From contig JACQXE010000005.1 of NCBI GenBank assembly GCA_016208915.1, positions 2,177 through 66,176 on the forward strand: 64,000 bases of DNA, written 5' to 3'. A program made the translations under genes and the position numbers. The notes under the pieces were generated by a model. It searched no databases. It was not told the DNA's origin and saw only the letters and a program-made list of their open reading frames with translations. This stretch comes from Nitrospirota bacterium. Lineage in GTDB: Bacteria; Nitrospirota; Thermodesulfovibrionia; Thermodesulfovibrionales; UBA1546. This document shows, in pieces, positions 34,496-45,462 of the stretch. How positions within the stretch are numbered: position 1 is the stretch's first letter; every line of letters begins with the position of its first letter.

Positions 34496-34924
34496 ATGAA
34501 ATCATTTGTTAAATCATTTTTTATTTTATTTATGTTAGCTGCACTGGTTTTTTTAAGTTCAAATTCATCCTTGGCTTTAAAAACACCATCAGAGAACGAA
34601 AAGTGGGATGATTATGCAGTTGACGAGGAAGGAAACGCGTATTTCTACAATTCAAAAAATGTACAACATATGACGAAGAATATTGTCCGGGTCTGGATTA
34701 AAAAATTTTATTCACAACAAAAGTCTAAAGTAGAAGAGGCAAAACTTCTGTGGGAGATAGACTGCTCAAAAAAAACAATGCGTGGAATCCAGGCACACAT
34801 GAAAAACAGGGATAAGACATCAGACACCATCAAAAAACCTTCTGAGTGGTCAAGCATTCCATCTGAATCAACAGCAGAAACCCTGTATGAAATTGTATGC
34901 AAAAAAGGGGAAAAAGCTAAGTAA
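34496..34924 (+). CDS. Secreted surface-adhesin E-like protein
   Basis: Signal peptide; VRVWIK...WEIDC...WSSIPSESTAETLYEIVC. Confidence 0.65.
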   Translation: MKSFVKSFFILFMLAALVFLSSNSSLALKTPSENEKWDDYAVDEEGNAYFYNSKNVQHMTKNIVRVWIKKFYSQQKSKVEEAKLLWEIDCSKKTMRGIQAHMKNRDKTSDTIKKPSEWSSIPSESTAETLYEIVCKKGEKAK

Positions 34925-34958
34925 TTAATCTTTCAAAAAACTATGGCTTACTATGAAC

Positions 34959-36059
34959 TTAATCTAAAACCACGAGGTTATCCCTATGGATAACCTCGTC
35001 AGAATATTTATAGCCGAGAATCTTTTCTACCTCAGTTGTATTTTTACCTTTTATCTTATTTATCTCTGAGGACGAATAGTTCGTGATCCCCTTTGCAATC
35101 TTCCTGCCTTCCGGATTAACACAATGGATAGCATCGCCTGTCTCAAAGATACCGCTCACTGATACAATGCCTGAAGGAAGGAGACTCTTTCCTCCATGGA
35201 TCAATGCCTTTACAGCGCCTGCATCAACATAAAGACTCCCCTTTACACGACTTCCATACACAATCCATCCTTTCCGTGCCGAAAGCTTTTCTTTTTTGGA
35301 CTTGAATTCTGTGCCATGAGGCTTTCCTTTTAAAAGAGCAGTGATCAGCCCACTCTTCTTGCCATTGATAATATTCACTGTAATCCCATTGCTTACAGCC
35401 CTCTTCGCAGCAATGATCTTTGAATACATTCCGCCGGTGCCAACAATGCTTCCAGTTCCACCAGCTATTGCCTCAATCTCAGGCGTAATCTCCTCAACAG
35501 TTTCCATTAGTACTGCCTTATACCCTTTCTTGGGATCAGAAGAATAAAGACCGTCAACATCAGAGAGGATAATAAGCCTTTCAGCATCAATAAGCCCTGC
35601 AACCAGCGATGCAAGGTTATCGTTATCACCAAACTTAATCTCATCGGTTGCAACAGTGTCATTCTCATTTACTATCGGAATAATGCCGTAGGAGAGTAAT
35701 GTAAGCAAAGTATTTTTGGAATTAATATATCTCTTCCTGTCAGAGAAATCATCACTGGTGAGGAGAATTTGTGCCACTTGTTTGCCATACCCCCCAAAAC
35801 CTTTTTCATACGCCCATATAAGATTGCTCTGTCCTGCTGCTGCTGCAGCCTGCTTGAGCTGTATGTCCTTTGGCTTTTCCTTTAGGCCGAGTTTTTTCAT
35901 CCCAGCAGCAATAGCACCTGAAGAAACAAGGATTACATCATATCCCATATTTTGCAGTTCAGCTACATCCCCTGCTATGGATGAGATGCGCTTTGCATCA
36001 AGTCCATCTTTTTCATTAGCAAGAATGTTGCTTCCGATCTTAACAACAATCCTTTTCAT
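34959..36059 (-). CDS. proB: Glutamate 5-kinase
   Basis: VVKIGS, NENDTV, FGDND, GTGGM, PUA domain. Confidence 0.96.
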   Translation of the reverse strand: MKRIVVKIGSNILANEKDGLDAKRISSIAGDVAELQNMGYDVILVSSGAIAAGMKKLGLKEKPKDIQLKQAAAAAGQSNLIWAYEKGFGGYGKQVAQILLTSDDFSDRKRYINSKNTLLTLLSYGIIPIVNENDTVATDEIKFGDNDNLASLVAGLIDAERLIILSDVDGLYSSDPKKGYKAVLMETVEEITPEIEAIAGGTGSIVGTGGMYSKIIAAKRAVSNGITVNIINGKKSGLITALLKGKPHGTEFKSKKEKLSARKGWIVYGSRVKGSLYVDAGAVKALIHGGKSLLPSGIVSVSGIFETGDAIHCVNPEGRKIAKGITNYSSSEINKIKGKNTTEVEKILGYKYSDEVIHRDNLVVLD

Positions 36060-36150
36060 GGACAAAATTATACATCACGGATAACACTGTTGTCATCAGC
36101 CTGTATCATCCATAAATTCTTGGCAAGAGAGAGTATTGAATATTATAAAC

Positions 36151-36191
36151 AAAAAACCAGAGTAGTAGATGAAAACAACCACTCTGGTTTT
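36151..36191 (-). terminator. Terminator after dsrD
   Basis: AAAACCAGAGT...ACTCTGGTTTT with U-tract on minus strand. Confidence 0.65.
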
Positions 36192-36218
36192 AAACCTGAC
36201 AGAATTAATTTTTAAAAC

Positions 36219-36467
36219 TTATTTAATGAGTCCCTTTTCCCTCAGATACTCTTCACTGGGAATTTCAACTGAGCTTGCGCCGCCGCCATAAGAATACATA
36301 AGCTTTCCAACATCAATCATTTCTCTGAGGGCCTTCTTGACCTCAGCCGGATCAGCGCTTTCAGCCTCTGATATGCCTTTAATTATATCCTTTTCTTTAA
36401 GCTTCTTTTTTCCTTTTGCAGCTTCAGAAAATGCATAAATCTTATCCTTCAAAACATTGATATCCAT
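36219..36467 (-). CDS. dsrD: Dissimilatory sulfite reductase-associated protein D
   Basis: 82-aa wHTH-like protein directly after dsrB; EVKKALREMIDVGKLMY. Confidence 0.8.
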   Translation of the reverse strand: MDINVLKDKIYAFSEAAKGKKKLKEKDIIKGISEAESADPAEVKKALREMIDVGKLMYSYGGGASSVEIPSEEYLREKGLIK

Positions 36468-36496
36468 ACTATTTCCCCTTTCATTAAAGGTTTTTA

Positions 36497-36530
36497 AAAG
36501 GTTGAGGCTGTATTTGCAGCCTCAACCTTT
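36497..36530. terminator. Hairpin between dsrB and dsrD
   Basis: AAAGGTTGAGGCTG...CAGCCTCAACCTTT. Confidence 0.55.
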
Positions 36531-36537
36531 ATCTAAT

Positions 36538-37608
36538 CTACCACTTAAATGTTGATGCGGTCCTCAGTGTATCACGCATGAATGTGAAGTCGTCGATTGC
36601 CTGGAATGTAAAGTCAATGCCTGTGAGAGAAAAGAACCTCTCCCATCCTACTCTCTCTATCCATTCCCCAATCCTTTCATGCTTCCTTGCATTTTTGGCA
36701 TATACCTCAATAATGTGCTTTACTGCTGCGACAACCTTGGGCCATCTTGGAGGCTCATTAGAAATATAAGGAATTACGAGCTTTGAGAATTTTGGATTGG
36801 TCCTGAGACTGTTGATTTTGCCGCCTACAACAATTGCCACGCCGTCTCTTTCAGGATCCTTGATGCTGATAGGAGGACACACAGTAAAGCAGTTGCCGCA
36901 GTACATGCATTTCTCAGGATTAATCTTAACACTCTTCTGAGCAGGATCAGGGCTGATAGCACGGGTTGGGCACGAACCGATAACTGTCGGAAGCTCGCAC
37001 ATATTCTTGAAGTTTTCATGTGCAATTGTAGGCACTTTTGTATGCACTGCTACAATAGCTATATCAGAGCAGTGAACAGCGCCGCACATGTTAACGCAGC
37101 ATGCAACCGCAAGCCTGACCTTGTTTGGAAGCCTCTTTGACTCAAAATATTCATAGAGTTCATCCATCATCGCCTTAACAATGCCTGATGCATCTGTACA
37201 TGCGCTATGGCAGTGCACCCATCCCTGTGTATGAACAACATTTGTAATTCCTGCGCCGATACCGCCCATCTTGAAACCTTTATCCTTAAGCTCTTTTTTT
37301 AAGGGTTCGAGTTTCTTTTCGTCAGATACAAGGAATTCGACATTATTTCTTGTAGTATAGCGGAAGAATCCATCGCAATATTTATCTGCTATATCGCAAT
37401 GCTCACGGATTGTATCTGTTGCGAGTAGCCTGGGGGATGCGACTCTTACTGTCCAAAGCTTATCCCCGCTTTCAGCTACATGAACCATTGAACCCGGGTT
37501 TATTACCTCATGATATTTCCATTTCCCGTAATTCTTCTGGATTACAGGTGGTAAGAACTGTTTATAATTAGGCGGGCCAATGTCTGTTTTTCTTTGTGGT
37601 AATGCCAT
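36538..37608 (-). CDS. dsrB: Dissimilatory sulfite reductase beta subunit
   Basis: [30 protein letters not shown]. Confidence 0.97.
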   Translation of the reverse strand: MALPQRKTDIGPPNYKQFLPPVIQKNYGKWKYHEVINPGSMVHVAESGDKLWTVRVASPRLLATDTIREHCDIADKYCDGFFRYTTRNNVEFLVSDEKKLEPLKKELKDKGFKMGGIGAGITNVVHTQGWVHCHSACTDASGIVKAMMDELYEYFESKRLPNKVRLAVACCVNMCGAVHCSDIAIVAVHTKVPTIAHENFKNMCELPTVIGSCPTRAISPDPAQKSVKINPEKCMYCGNCFTVCPPISIKDPERDGVAIVVGGKINSLRTNPKFSKLVIPYISNEPPRWPKVVAAVKHIIEVYAKNARKHERIGEWIERVGWERFFSLTGIDFTFQAIDDFTFMRDTLRTASTFKW

Positions 37609-37635
37609 GTTAAAATCCTCCTTATTAAAATTTTA

Positions 37636-38868
37636 TTAGAATTTATATTTTTTTGTTTTCTTTTCTTCAGCTTCCTTGGCCTTGTATGCAGCAATATCAT
37701 CGTCTGTGTAGAACATGAAAGGATCCTTCCTCGGCTCCTTAATCTGCTGCGGCTGAGGCGGTACGCCTATTGCCTCGAGGAATGACCTCATGCCCTTTAT
37801 TTCTATAACCTCGCCGATTCTCTCTCTCGGCTTTCCGTTTTCATCCCACCAATCCCATATCTTGCGGATTAGCGCTTTCAGTTCAGTATATGGAGGCTCA
37901 AGTTTTACAAATGGCACGATAACCCATGAAAGCAGTGACCCGACAACAATTGGAGCCTTACTTCCCATGCAAAGAGTCGCTCCCCTTTCGCCGCTCGGCT
38001 TCAGGGCCTTTGTCATCCTTGTTATGCAATGCATGCATCTGTTACATTCGGCATTGTTTATTTTGAGTTCTTTGCCGTCATAGCTCATGCACCCCGTAGG
38101 ACACATATTTATAATCTCGGCATTTATATCCATTGTCTTTGCATAATTCTTAACCTCAGACTGGTCGATCTTTATATCACCCTTCCATGTACCGATTATG
38201 GAAAGGTCTGCACGGGCGAGGGCTGCAACACAGTCACATGCGCAACCCGATGACTTTATCTTGAATTTGTAGGAAAATGTGGGTCTGTGAAGTTCATCCT
38301 GAAACTCCTGTGTGAGCGCGTATGTAAGGTCAAGGGTGTCATAGTTGGACCACTCGCATCTTGCAGGGCCTACACAACAGCTTGGGGTCCTCAGCGCTGA
38401 ACCTGAACCGCCAAGGTCCCATCCGCGTGATGAATATTCTGCGAATATCGGCTCAAGCGCGTCTGTCTTTGTTCCGAGCAATACGAGGTCGCCTGTTGAG
38501 CCATGCACATTTGTAAGTCCGCTTCCATACTTGTCCCAGATATCGCATATCTCTCTTAATGCCTTGCTTGTATAAAAAAAGCCGCTTGGCTGATTTATTC
38601 TAACGGTGTGGAAATGGGCTACCCCCGGGAACTCATTACCGATTTCTGAATATCTTCCGATAACTCCGCCACCATAACCAAGAACACCAACGATACCTCC
38701 ATGTTTCCAGTACCCGACCCTGGTGCTGTAACATTTCTCAAGATGACCGACTGCATCGTTTGCCATCTCATTGTTCTTGGCAGCTTTCTTCATCTCCGTG
38801 ACAAAACTCGGCCAAGGACCCTTTTCGAGTTCGTCAATTAACGGCGTATTGTACTTTTTGCCAGCCAT
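37636..38868 (-). CDS. dsrA: Dissimilatory sulfite reductase alpha subunit
   Basis: [47 protein letters not shown]. Confidence 0.97.
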   Translation of the reverse strand: MAGKKYNTPLIDELEKGPWPSFVTEMKKAAKNNEMANDAVGHLEKCYSTRVGYWKHGGIVGVLGYGGGVIGRYSEIGNEFPGVAHFHTVRINQPSGFFYTSKALREICDIWDKYGSGLTNVHGSTGDLVLLGTKTDALEPIFAEYSSRGWDLGGSGSALRTPSCCVGPARCEWSNYDTLDLTYALTQEFQDELHRPTFSYKFKIKSSGCACDCVAALARADLSIIGTWKGDIKIDQSEVKNYAKTMDINAEIINMCPTGCMSYDGKELKINNAECNRCMHCITRMTKALKPSGERGATLCMGSKAPIVVGSLLSWVIVPFVKLEPPYTELKALIRKIWDWWDENGKPRERIGEVIEIKGMRSFLEAIGVPPQPQQIKEPRKDPFMFYTDDDIAAYKAKEAEEKKTKKYKF

Positions 38869-39074
38869 AAACTCCTCCTTCTTTGTGTTTAAATTTATGA
38901 ATTTAAAAAGCTATGAGCTTTTCTTCGAAGACCTTTATTCAAAAATAAACATATAAGGGTAATATACTAACTGTTTATCGGTCAAATAAAAAAAATTAAT
39001 CTATAAATCACAATTACTTATCTATTTGTAAATTATACTTGAGATATTTTGAAAAAAGCCCCTGAATGTAAATT

Positions 39075-39314
39075 CTAACTGGTCTTCTTTATATAATAAA
39101 GCAATTCGCCCTTCTCTTCCTTCATCTCAACAAGTTCATTGCCAGTGCGTTTCAATAGAGCGGCGATATCTGCCTTTGTTCCGGGATCTGTTGCCTGCAT
39201 AAAAAGTATCTGTCCAGACGACATGGAATCAAGAGCCTTTTTAGTCTTTATAACAGGCATTGGGCAGTTGAGACCTTTACAATCAAGGCTTACATCAGGT
39301 TTTATATCAGCCAT
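39075..39314 (-). CDS. tusA: TusA family sulfur carrier
   Basis: LDCKGLNCPMPVIKTKKAL; upstream of dsrA. Confidence 0.88.
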   Translation of the reverse strand: MADIKPDVSLDCKGLNCPMPVIKTKKALDSMSSGQILFMQATDPGTKADIAALLKRTGNELVEMKEEKGELLYYIKKTS

Positions 39315-39390
39315 ATAATACCTCCGATTTGATATAGTTAATTCGTTCTAAAATATACGTTTTAAAAAGCTTTTTTGTCAAGGAAATAAT

Positions 39391-39915
39391 TTAACGCCCG
39401 CTAAAAAATCTTATGGCATCCTTGACCTTTTCCAAGCTCACCTGCGTGTTAAGGCACGGACCGTATGGCCGCTCATTTGGAACACAAAGCACTGGAAGAG
39501 GATAAGTGTCAACTATGCCGCTGCTCAGGTCTGTTTCGCACGCCACTGCGATAATCGCATCAGGCATTACATCTTTGACAATTCTCCTGGCAAGCGTCCC
39601 GCCGGTTGCAACAGAAAGCTTTAGTTTATTCTCCTCTGCGATCTGTATGAGGTCGCTAATCTCGCATTTTCCGCATCCTTCACAGTTGTAGATATTATGC
39701 GTAAGCCGTATGTTGCACTCATCTATCTGAAGGCAATGAGGTAAAAGGAGCAATAGCTTGGTCGTTTTTAGTTTCTCCTTTCGGACAAGCCTATTATTTA
39801 TATTGATGATAAACATCTGGAGCTGTTCCTTTTTATCCTTTTTAAAAGAACCGACTATCATGAGCGCAGGATAAAGAAATCTCAAAACCATGCCTCTTAT
39901 CCATCTATATTTCAT
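39391..39915 (-). CDS. DUF116 family protein
   Basis: LLPHCLQ, CEGCGKC, ATGGTLAR, AVACETDL; next to fmt. Confidence 0.85.
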   Translation of the reverse strand: MKYRWIRGMVLRFLYPALMIVGSFKKDKKEQLQMFIININNRLVRKEKLKTTKLLLLLPHCLQIDECNIRLTHNIYNCEGCGKCEISDLIQIAEENKLKLSVATGGTLARRIVKDVMPDAIIAVACETDLSSGIVDTYPLPVLCVPNERPYGPCLNTQVSLEKVKDAIRFFSGR

Positions 39916-40831
39916 CGAAATATGCCCCTTCTTTCAGATTTCTGCCTTGTAGAAATGCCCTTGCTGACATAATCTTTTTTCCTTCAGGCTGAAGTTCAAC
40001 AATCGAAAGAAGCCCATTGCCTGTTCCGGCTATAAATTCTGACTTGAATGCCTTCTCTATTCTTCCCGGCTTGCCAGAACCTTCAACAGCCCTTACCTTG
40101 ATAAGTTTAATCATTTCATTATTCAAATAACAATATGCAGCAGGCCATGGATACATCCCGCGCACAAAATTGAACAGTTCGATTGCAGTTTTTGACCATA
40201 TAACCTTTCCATCTTCCTTTTTTATAACAGGGACATACGTAGCCTCGCCTGTCTGGGGCCGTGGTTTTACTGAACCCTCCTTAATCCCATTTATCGTACT
40301 AACCAGAAGGGATGCCCCGAGTCCCGATAACTTTCTCGACAGTGTCTCTGATGTATCATCTTCGGTTATATCCATCTCCTGCTGAAGGAGTATATCTCCT
40401 GTATCAAGCCCTTTATCTATAAGCATTGTTGTAATACCGGTTTTTTTTTCGCCATTTATTATTGCCCATGCAATAGGCGCAGCACCCCTGTATTTGGGAA
40501 GCAGTGATGCATGAACATTTATGCAGCCCAAAGCAGGCAGATTAAGAATAGCCTCAGGCAGTATTCTTCCATATGCGACAACAATTATAAGCTCGGGTTT
40601 CATAAAAAAAAGCTCATTAAGAAATCCTTCGTCTTTCAGGCCTAAAGGCTGAAGAACGCGTATGCCGTTGCTAACTGCAAGTTCTTTTACAGGAGACTGG
40701 GAAATAAGATGTCCTCTCCCCTTTCTCTTGTCAGGCTGGGTTACGACTGCAGATATATCTTCCCCGCTTTGTAAAAGCGCATTAAGCGACGAAACTGCAA
40801 ATGAAGGTGTGCCGAAAAAAACTATACGCAT
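39905..40831 (-). CDS. fmt: Methionyl-tRNA formyltransferase
   Basis: FGTPSFA, VVTQPD, NVHASLLPKYRGAAPI. Confidence 0.96.
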   Translation of the reverse strand: MRIVFFGTPSFAVSSLNALLQSGEDISAVVTQPDKRKGRGHLISQSPVKELAVSNGIRVLQPLGLKDEGFLNELFFMKPELIIVVAYGRILPEAILNLPALGCINVHASLLPKYRGAAPIAWAIINGEKKTGITTMLIDKGLDTGDILLQQEMDITEDDTSETLSRKLSGLGASLLVSTINGIKEGSVKPRPQTGEATYVPVIKKEDGKVIWSKTAIELFNFVRGMYPWPAAYCYLNNEMIKLIKVRAVEGSGKPGRIEKAFKSEFIAGTGNGLLSIVELQPEGKKIMSARAFLQGRNLKEGAYFDEI

Positions 40832-40846
40832 TTCAGTTTAAACACA

Positions 40847-40980
40847 GGGATATAGGATTGTTCTTGAGCGGTTTCTTTTGCTGATATTCAGATAGTAAGT
40901 ATAAAAATAAATAGAAAAGCAAAAGCCTCGGAGGTCGCCTGAGGCGACCGAGAATGAGCGAAAGAGCAATTCTGTATCCC
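40847..40980 (+). repeat. 134-bp element with 19-bp terminal inverted repeats and a nested GC palindrome (MITE/REP-like)
   Basis: GGGATATAGGATTGTTCTT / AAGAGCAATTCTGTATCCC; inner CTTTTGCT/AGCAAAAG; GGTCGCCTGAGGCGACC at 40933-40949. Confidence 0.55.
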
Positions 40981-41490
40981 TCATTTGTTGCCTGCCATTG
41001 TTTTTTTATACCGCTTCTTAAAAAACTCTCTCTTAATCGGGCTTATCCTGTCAATAAGAAGCAAGCCATCGAGGTGGTCTATTTCATGCTGGAGCGCCCT
41101 TGCCAAAAAACCTTTGCCTTCTATCTCTATCGGCATGCCTTTCCTGTCAAGCCCTTTAACTCTGACCTCCTCAGCCCTTTTCACATTAGTTTTGTACTCA
41201 GGCAAGCTAAGACATCCCTCTTCAGACTCAATGCTTCCTTTCTTTTCTATAATCTCTGGGTTGACGAGTACTATCAAAGGCATTTCTTCCTCAATTGCAC
41301 TTATGTCTATAACACATATTCTTTTCGAGATGCCGACCTGATTCGCTGCAAGACCAATACCGCCTAAAGCATACATCGTCTCTATCATGTCATCCATAAG
41401 ACGCTGTATGTTACCGTCTATGTATTCAATGGGTAACGCCTTTTCCTTTAATATCTTTTCAGGATATTTCTTAATCTCGAGTACTGCCAT
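40981..41490 (-). CDS. def: Peptide deformylase
   Basis: GIGLAANQVG, EGCLS, QHEIDHLDG. Confidence 0.96.
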   Translation of the reverse strand: MAVLEIKKYPEKILKEKALPIEYIDGNIQRLMDDMIETMYALGGIGLAANQVGISKRICVIDISAIEEEMPLIVLVNPEIIEKKGSIESEEGCLSLPEYKTNVKRAEEVRVKGLDRKGMPIEIEGKGFLARALQHEIDHLDGLLLIDRISPIKREFFKKRYKKTMAGNK

Positions 41491-41593
41491 CTTTTTATTA
41501 TAAAACATTTCTCATCGTTCGGGATAATATAAGGCAATTCTTATGTTAAAATAATCAATCAAATCCATAATATTATCTCAGGAAAAAAACATA

Positions 41594-42424
41594 ATGGCTT
41601 CAAGCTATATCTTGTTTGCAATATTTCTCTGGAGCTCTCTCGGTGTGGTAGTAAGGCTGTCAGGCGTTGCTGTACACACCCTGATCTTCTATTCAATCAT
41701 TGTATCTCTGATTGTTCAGGGAATAATGCTGTTACAAAGCAATTACAGAAAAAAGATCCCTCCTTTCAAAATGCTTAGGTACCCTTTAATTCTTGGGGTT
41801 CTCAGCCTCATAAACACATTCACCTACTTCTATGCATTTAAATATACGACTATTGCAAATGCAGTTCTCACACACTACACTGCTCCTGTAATAGTGGCTT
41901 TTCTTGCTCCGATTTTTCTGAATGAGCGGATAACAAAAAAAATAACCATTGTGATAATAATTGCATCAGCAGGATTATGGATAATGCTGAATGGTTTCTC
42001 TTTCTCGGATAGTCACACAGCAGGTTTAATCGCAGGACTAATATCAGGACTTGCATATGCAGTAATCATAATATTTGTGAGATTTTATGCGAAAGATTTC
42101 AAACCGCTTGTTCTTTCTTTTTTTTCGAACACAATGATCGCAATTTTATTGGCGCCATTCATAAGAGACTTCCCTTCCCATGCTTTGTGGAGTTTCATAG
42201 TAATGGGCATAGTCCATTCAACCATCGCGCCTATTTTATATTTTAAAGGGCTCCGCTCTGTTACCGCCAACAGAGCAGCAGTTCTTGGTTATCTCGAACC
42301 TGTTAGTGCTATAATCTTTAGTATGCTCTTACTGAATGAATTGCCAGGAAGGAATTCGTTCATCGGAGGAGCAATGATAATCTTTTCAGGGTATCTTACA
42401 TTAAAAAATGGTGAAAAAGTTTAA
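41594..42424 (+). CDS. EamA/DMT family transporter
   Basis: About 10 TMs in two repeats; YTAPVIV...E; GYLEPV. Confidence 0.85.
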   Translation: MASSYILFAIFLWSSLGVVVRLSGVAVHTLIFYSIIVSLIVQGIMLLQSNYRKKIPPFKMLRYPLILGVLSLINTFTYFYAFKYTTIANAVLTHYTAPVIVAFLAPIFLNERITKKITIVIIIASAGLWIMLNGFSFSDSHTAGLIAGLISGLAYAVIIIFVRFYAKDFKPLVLSFFSNTMIAILLAPFIRDFPSHALWSFIVMGIVHSTIAPILYFKGLRSVTANRAAVLGYLEPVSAIIFSMLLLNELPGRNSFIGGAMIIFSGYLTLKNGEKV

Positions 42425-43940
42425 AGTTAAAAGTTCACAGTCAAAAATTTATAGCATAGGAAAATTGCTTCGCATAAAATTTTATACCTTTAATAGTCTT
42501 TATTGTCTAATTCTTATTTTCTGCTGCCTGCTGCCTGCCACTGATCTTCTCGCTGCTGAGAGGCTTGAACTCACCTTAAAAGATGCGATTAGTGTATCTA
42601 TTAAAGAGAACCTGTCTCTTGCTTCAGAGCGAATTAATTCCAAGATAGCCGACGCAGATATAAAATTCAGAAAGGGCGAATTTGATCCTGCCGTAGAATT
42701 AAAGGCTATAGAATCTTATAGAAAATATCCGTCAGCGTCTCTCCTTACCGGCACCGAAGAGAGAATATTAAATGCCGATATCAGTCTTGGCGGAAAGATA
42801 AATACAGGAACAAAATATGAGATAAAATGGACAAATGAGCGCATAAGAAATAACTCAGGGTATCTGAGAATTAATCCTTATTATACCTCTGAATTGATGC
42901 TGACTCTGAACCAGCCGATACTCAAAGGGCTCGGCAAAAATATTCAGGAAACCAGTCTGAATGTGTCAAAAAATAAGCTTGAGATATCGAGATTAAATCT
43001 GGATGACAAATCAATACGAATCATAGCTGACACTGCGAATGCATACTGGGATCTTGTATTCAAAAGACACAATCTTGAGGTCGCTGAGATCTCGCTTAAA
43101 CTCGCACATAATGTGTCCAACGAGGTAAAGGCAAGGATAGAGTCTGGAACGCTTGCCCCTGTTGAGATCTATAAGTCAGAGGCAGAGACATCATTAAGAG
43201 AAGAGGCACTGCTTAGGGCACAAAAGTCAGTGTCAGATGCAGAAGACAAACTCAGGGTTGTAATGAACCTTAAAGACTGGAAGACCAAACTTATACCAAT
43301 AGAAAAACTGCCCTTCCCTTCAGACATACAGCCTGAGGAGAGCGCGATTGATACAGCGATTAAAAACAGAACAGACTACAAACAAGCCATTATCGAAAAT
43401 AAAAACAGAAAGATATTAACAAAATACTATGATAACCAGAAATATCCTGATCTCGAAATTATCGGGGCTCTCGGACTTAATGGAATGAATGGCACATACA
43501 ATAATACTATCGACAGATTGAATTCGCAGGATTACTATTCATGGCAGTTCGGTCTTTCCCTCAGAATACCGATAGGGAATAGAGAGGCAGAAGGGAAATT
43601 TTTAGAGGCAAAAAATGAGGAAGAAAGATCTGATTTAAACTTAAAGATTATAGAACAAAATATCACAGCCGAAGTTAGAGCATCCTTCAGGGAAGTCCAG
43701 CTTGCATCTGAGGCAATAACAACAGTCCGAAAGACACGAATTGCAGCAGAAAAAAGACTCGAAGCTGAGGAGGGAAGGTTTAAGGTTGGGATGGCAACTT
43801 TAAATGACATTCTTAAGTTTCAAGAGGAATACGCCAAGTCATTGTCTTCTGAGAAAAAGGCTGCGGTTGATTATGCAAGGGCTGTGGTTGAATTTGAAAG
43901 GGTTAAAGGGACACTGGGGCAAGACATGCCTTTGCCGTAA
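42408..43940 (+). CDS. TolC family outer-membrane efflux protein (N-terminus contains heptamer repeat inserts)
   Basis: LTLKDAI, LNQPILKG, AYWDL, RFKVGMAT. Confidence 0.85.
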   Translation: MVKKFKVKSSQSKIYSIGKLLRIKFYTFNSLYCLILIFCCLLPATDLLAAERLELTLKDAISVSIKENLSLASERINSKIADADIKFRKGEFDPAVELKAIESYRKYPSASLLTGTEERILNADISLGGKINTGTKYEIKWTNERIRNNSGYLRINPYYTSELMLTLNQPILKGLGKNIQETSLNVSKNKLEISRLNLDDKSIRIIADTANAYWDLVFKRHNLEVAEISLKLAHNVSNEVKARIESGTLAPVEIYKSEAETSLREEALLRAQKSVSDAEDKLRVVMNLKDWKTKLIPIEKLPFPSDIQPEESAIDTAIKNRTDYKQAIIENKNRKILTKYYDNQKYPDLEIIGALGLNGMNGTYNNTIDRLNSQDYYSWQFGLSLRIPIGNREAEGKFLEAKNEEERSDLNLKIIEQNITAEVRASFREVQLASEAITTVRKTRIAAEKRLEAEEGRFKVGMATLNDILKFQEEYAKSLSSEKKAAVDYARAVVEFERVKGTLGQDMPLP

Positions 43941-44007
43941 GATTTCGCCCGGCTTATGGCATTATGATATGAGTAGAAACTAAAATATATTAGCAGGAGG
44001 TGTTCAT

Positions 44008-44196
44008 ATGCTAAAACCAGTTATAGATTGGGATGCATGCGTAGGCTGTGGTGCATGCACAGAGGTATGCCCTGAGGTTTTTCAATTAAGAGATGATAAG
44101 GCATGGGTTATAGGACTGGATAAGTGCAATACGTGCAACTGTCAGGAGGCTGCTGACTTATGCCCTGTTCAGGCAATAACATTTACTGAGGAATAA
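44008..44196 (+). CDS. Ferredoxin
   Basis: CVGCGACTEVCP...CPVQAI. Confidence 0.9.
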   Translation: MLKPVIDWDACVGCGACTEVCPEVFQLRDDKAWVIGLDKCNTCNCQEAADLCPVQAITFTEE

Positions 44197-44203
44197 AACC
44201 AGT

Positions 44204-44776
44204 ATGAAGATAATTGCATTTCTTGGAAGTCCGAGAAAAGATGGCAATACAGAACTCTTGCTTCAGGAGACAATAAAAGGGATCAATGACTCAGGGTTTA
44301 ATGCTCATACATTTAACCTTAACAGCATGAAGATCTCGCCATGCCAGAACTGTGGCGGGTGTGAAGAAGAAGGCAGATGCATAGTACAGGATGATATGGC
44401 TCAGATATATGATGCGATACGGAACGCGGACAGAATAATACTGGCTTCACCCATCTTTTTCTTTGGACTGAGTGCACAGACAAAGGCGATGATAGACCGC
44501 TGTCAGGCGTTCTGGTGTGAAAAATACCTGCTTAAGAAACCTACCCCAGATGGCAGATATGGAAGGAAAGGGCTTTTACTTCTTATAGGAGGGATGAAAA
44601 AAGAGATAGGGGTTCAGTGCTCAGAGACAACCGCAAAGGCATTTTTCAGAACTATCAGCGTTCCTGAACATAAGACTCTTAGTTTTCTTGGTATAGATGC
44701 CAAAGGCGCAATACTTAAACATCCGACAGCCCTCAAAAAGGCGTATGAGGCAGGAAAAAAACTGGTTAGAAGTTAA
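44204..44776 (+). CDS. Flavodoxin-family / iron-sulfur flavoprotein
   Basis: GSPRKDGNT, CQNCGGC...C, ASPIFF. Confidence 0.88.
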   Translation: MKIIAFLGSPRKDGNTELLLQETIKGINDSGFNAHTFNLNSMKISPCQNCGGCEEEGRCIVQDDMAQIYDAIRNADRIILASPIFFFGLSAQTKAMIDRCQAFWCEKYLLKKPTPDGRYGRKGLLLLIGGMKKEIGVQCSETTAKAFFRTISVPEHKTLSFLGIDAKGAILKHPTALKKAYEAGKKLVRS

Positions 44777-44801
44777 TTTTCAATAATCTAATATTTCCTT
44801 C

Positions 44802-44903
44802 TTGACAATAAAATCAAACTATCAATAGAATTATCCATATTGCGTCTATCCCTCTATTTTAGCGGTGTAGACGCAATTAATTGCGGATGTGAACAAGTTA
44901 GCC
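44802..44903 (+). promoter_or_regulatory. Cassette-array promoter and attI-like first core site
   Basis: TTGACA(44802)-18-TAGAAT(44826); hairpin ATTGCGTCTA/TAGACGCAAT; GAACAA-GTTAGCC at 44891-44903. Confidence 0.5.
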
Positions 44904-44969
44904 GTTCATTGCATAAATGAAATTAAAATACATGTCCCATTTTAAAGTATTTTTAATTTTAGAACTAAT

Positions 44970-45422
44970 ATGAAAAAGGAAATTGAATATAATTCCGCTG
45001 CTCAACTATATGCACAAAAATTTCTATCATATATAGTTGCTTTTGTCTCTAGTTTTGTTATTTTTTTAGAAGTCTTCTTTAACATTGATACTATTTCTAA
45101 ATTTACTCATACTTCATTGATTTTAAAAGGTAGTTTTTTATTAATCATTCTTTGCTTATTTCTTTTTATTGGCTCTTTTGGTATCCTGACTTACAGGACA
45201 TCTATCGAAATGTATGTTCTAGAACTAAAAATCGGGACGATTCCGGGTATATTTGATTTAGTAAGAAAAGAAAAGGATTCATACCTATACAAAATTACTA
45301 ATTTTCTTTTCATATCACCCAAGAGAAAATTAAATTTATTGCTCCTATTCATAATCGTGTGTATAGGTTTAAGTAGCTATATTTTATTTTTTTATGAAAT
45401 AGTTTTTATATTGTCAAATTGA
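44970..45422 (+). CDS. Cassette 1: AT-rich hypothetical membrane protein
   Basis: About 3 hydrophobic segments; very low GC. Confidence 0.65.
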   Translation: MKKEIEYNSAAQLYAQKFLSYIVAFVSSFVIFLEVFFNIDTISKFTHTSLILKGSFLLIILCLFLFIGSFGILTYRTSIEMYVLELKIGTIPGIFDLVRKEKDSYLYKITNFLFISPKRKLNLLLLFIIVCIGLSSYILFFYEIVFILSN

Positions 45423-45462
45423 TTTCTAAAGTTTAAATGGGACATAAATTCCTGCAACGGAC

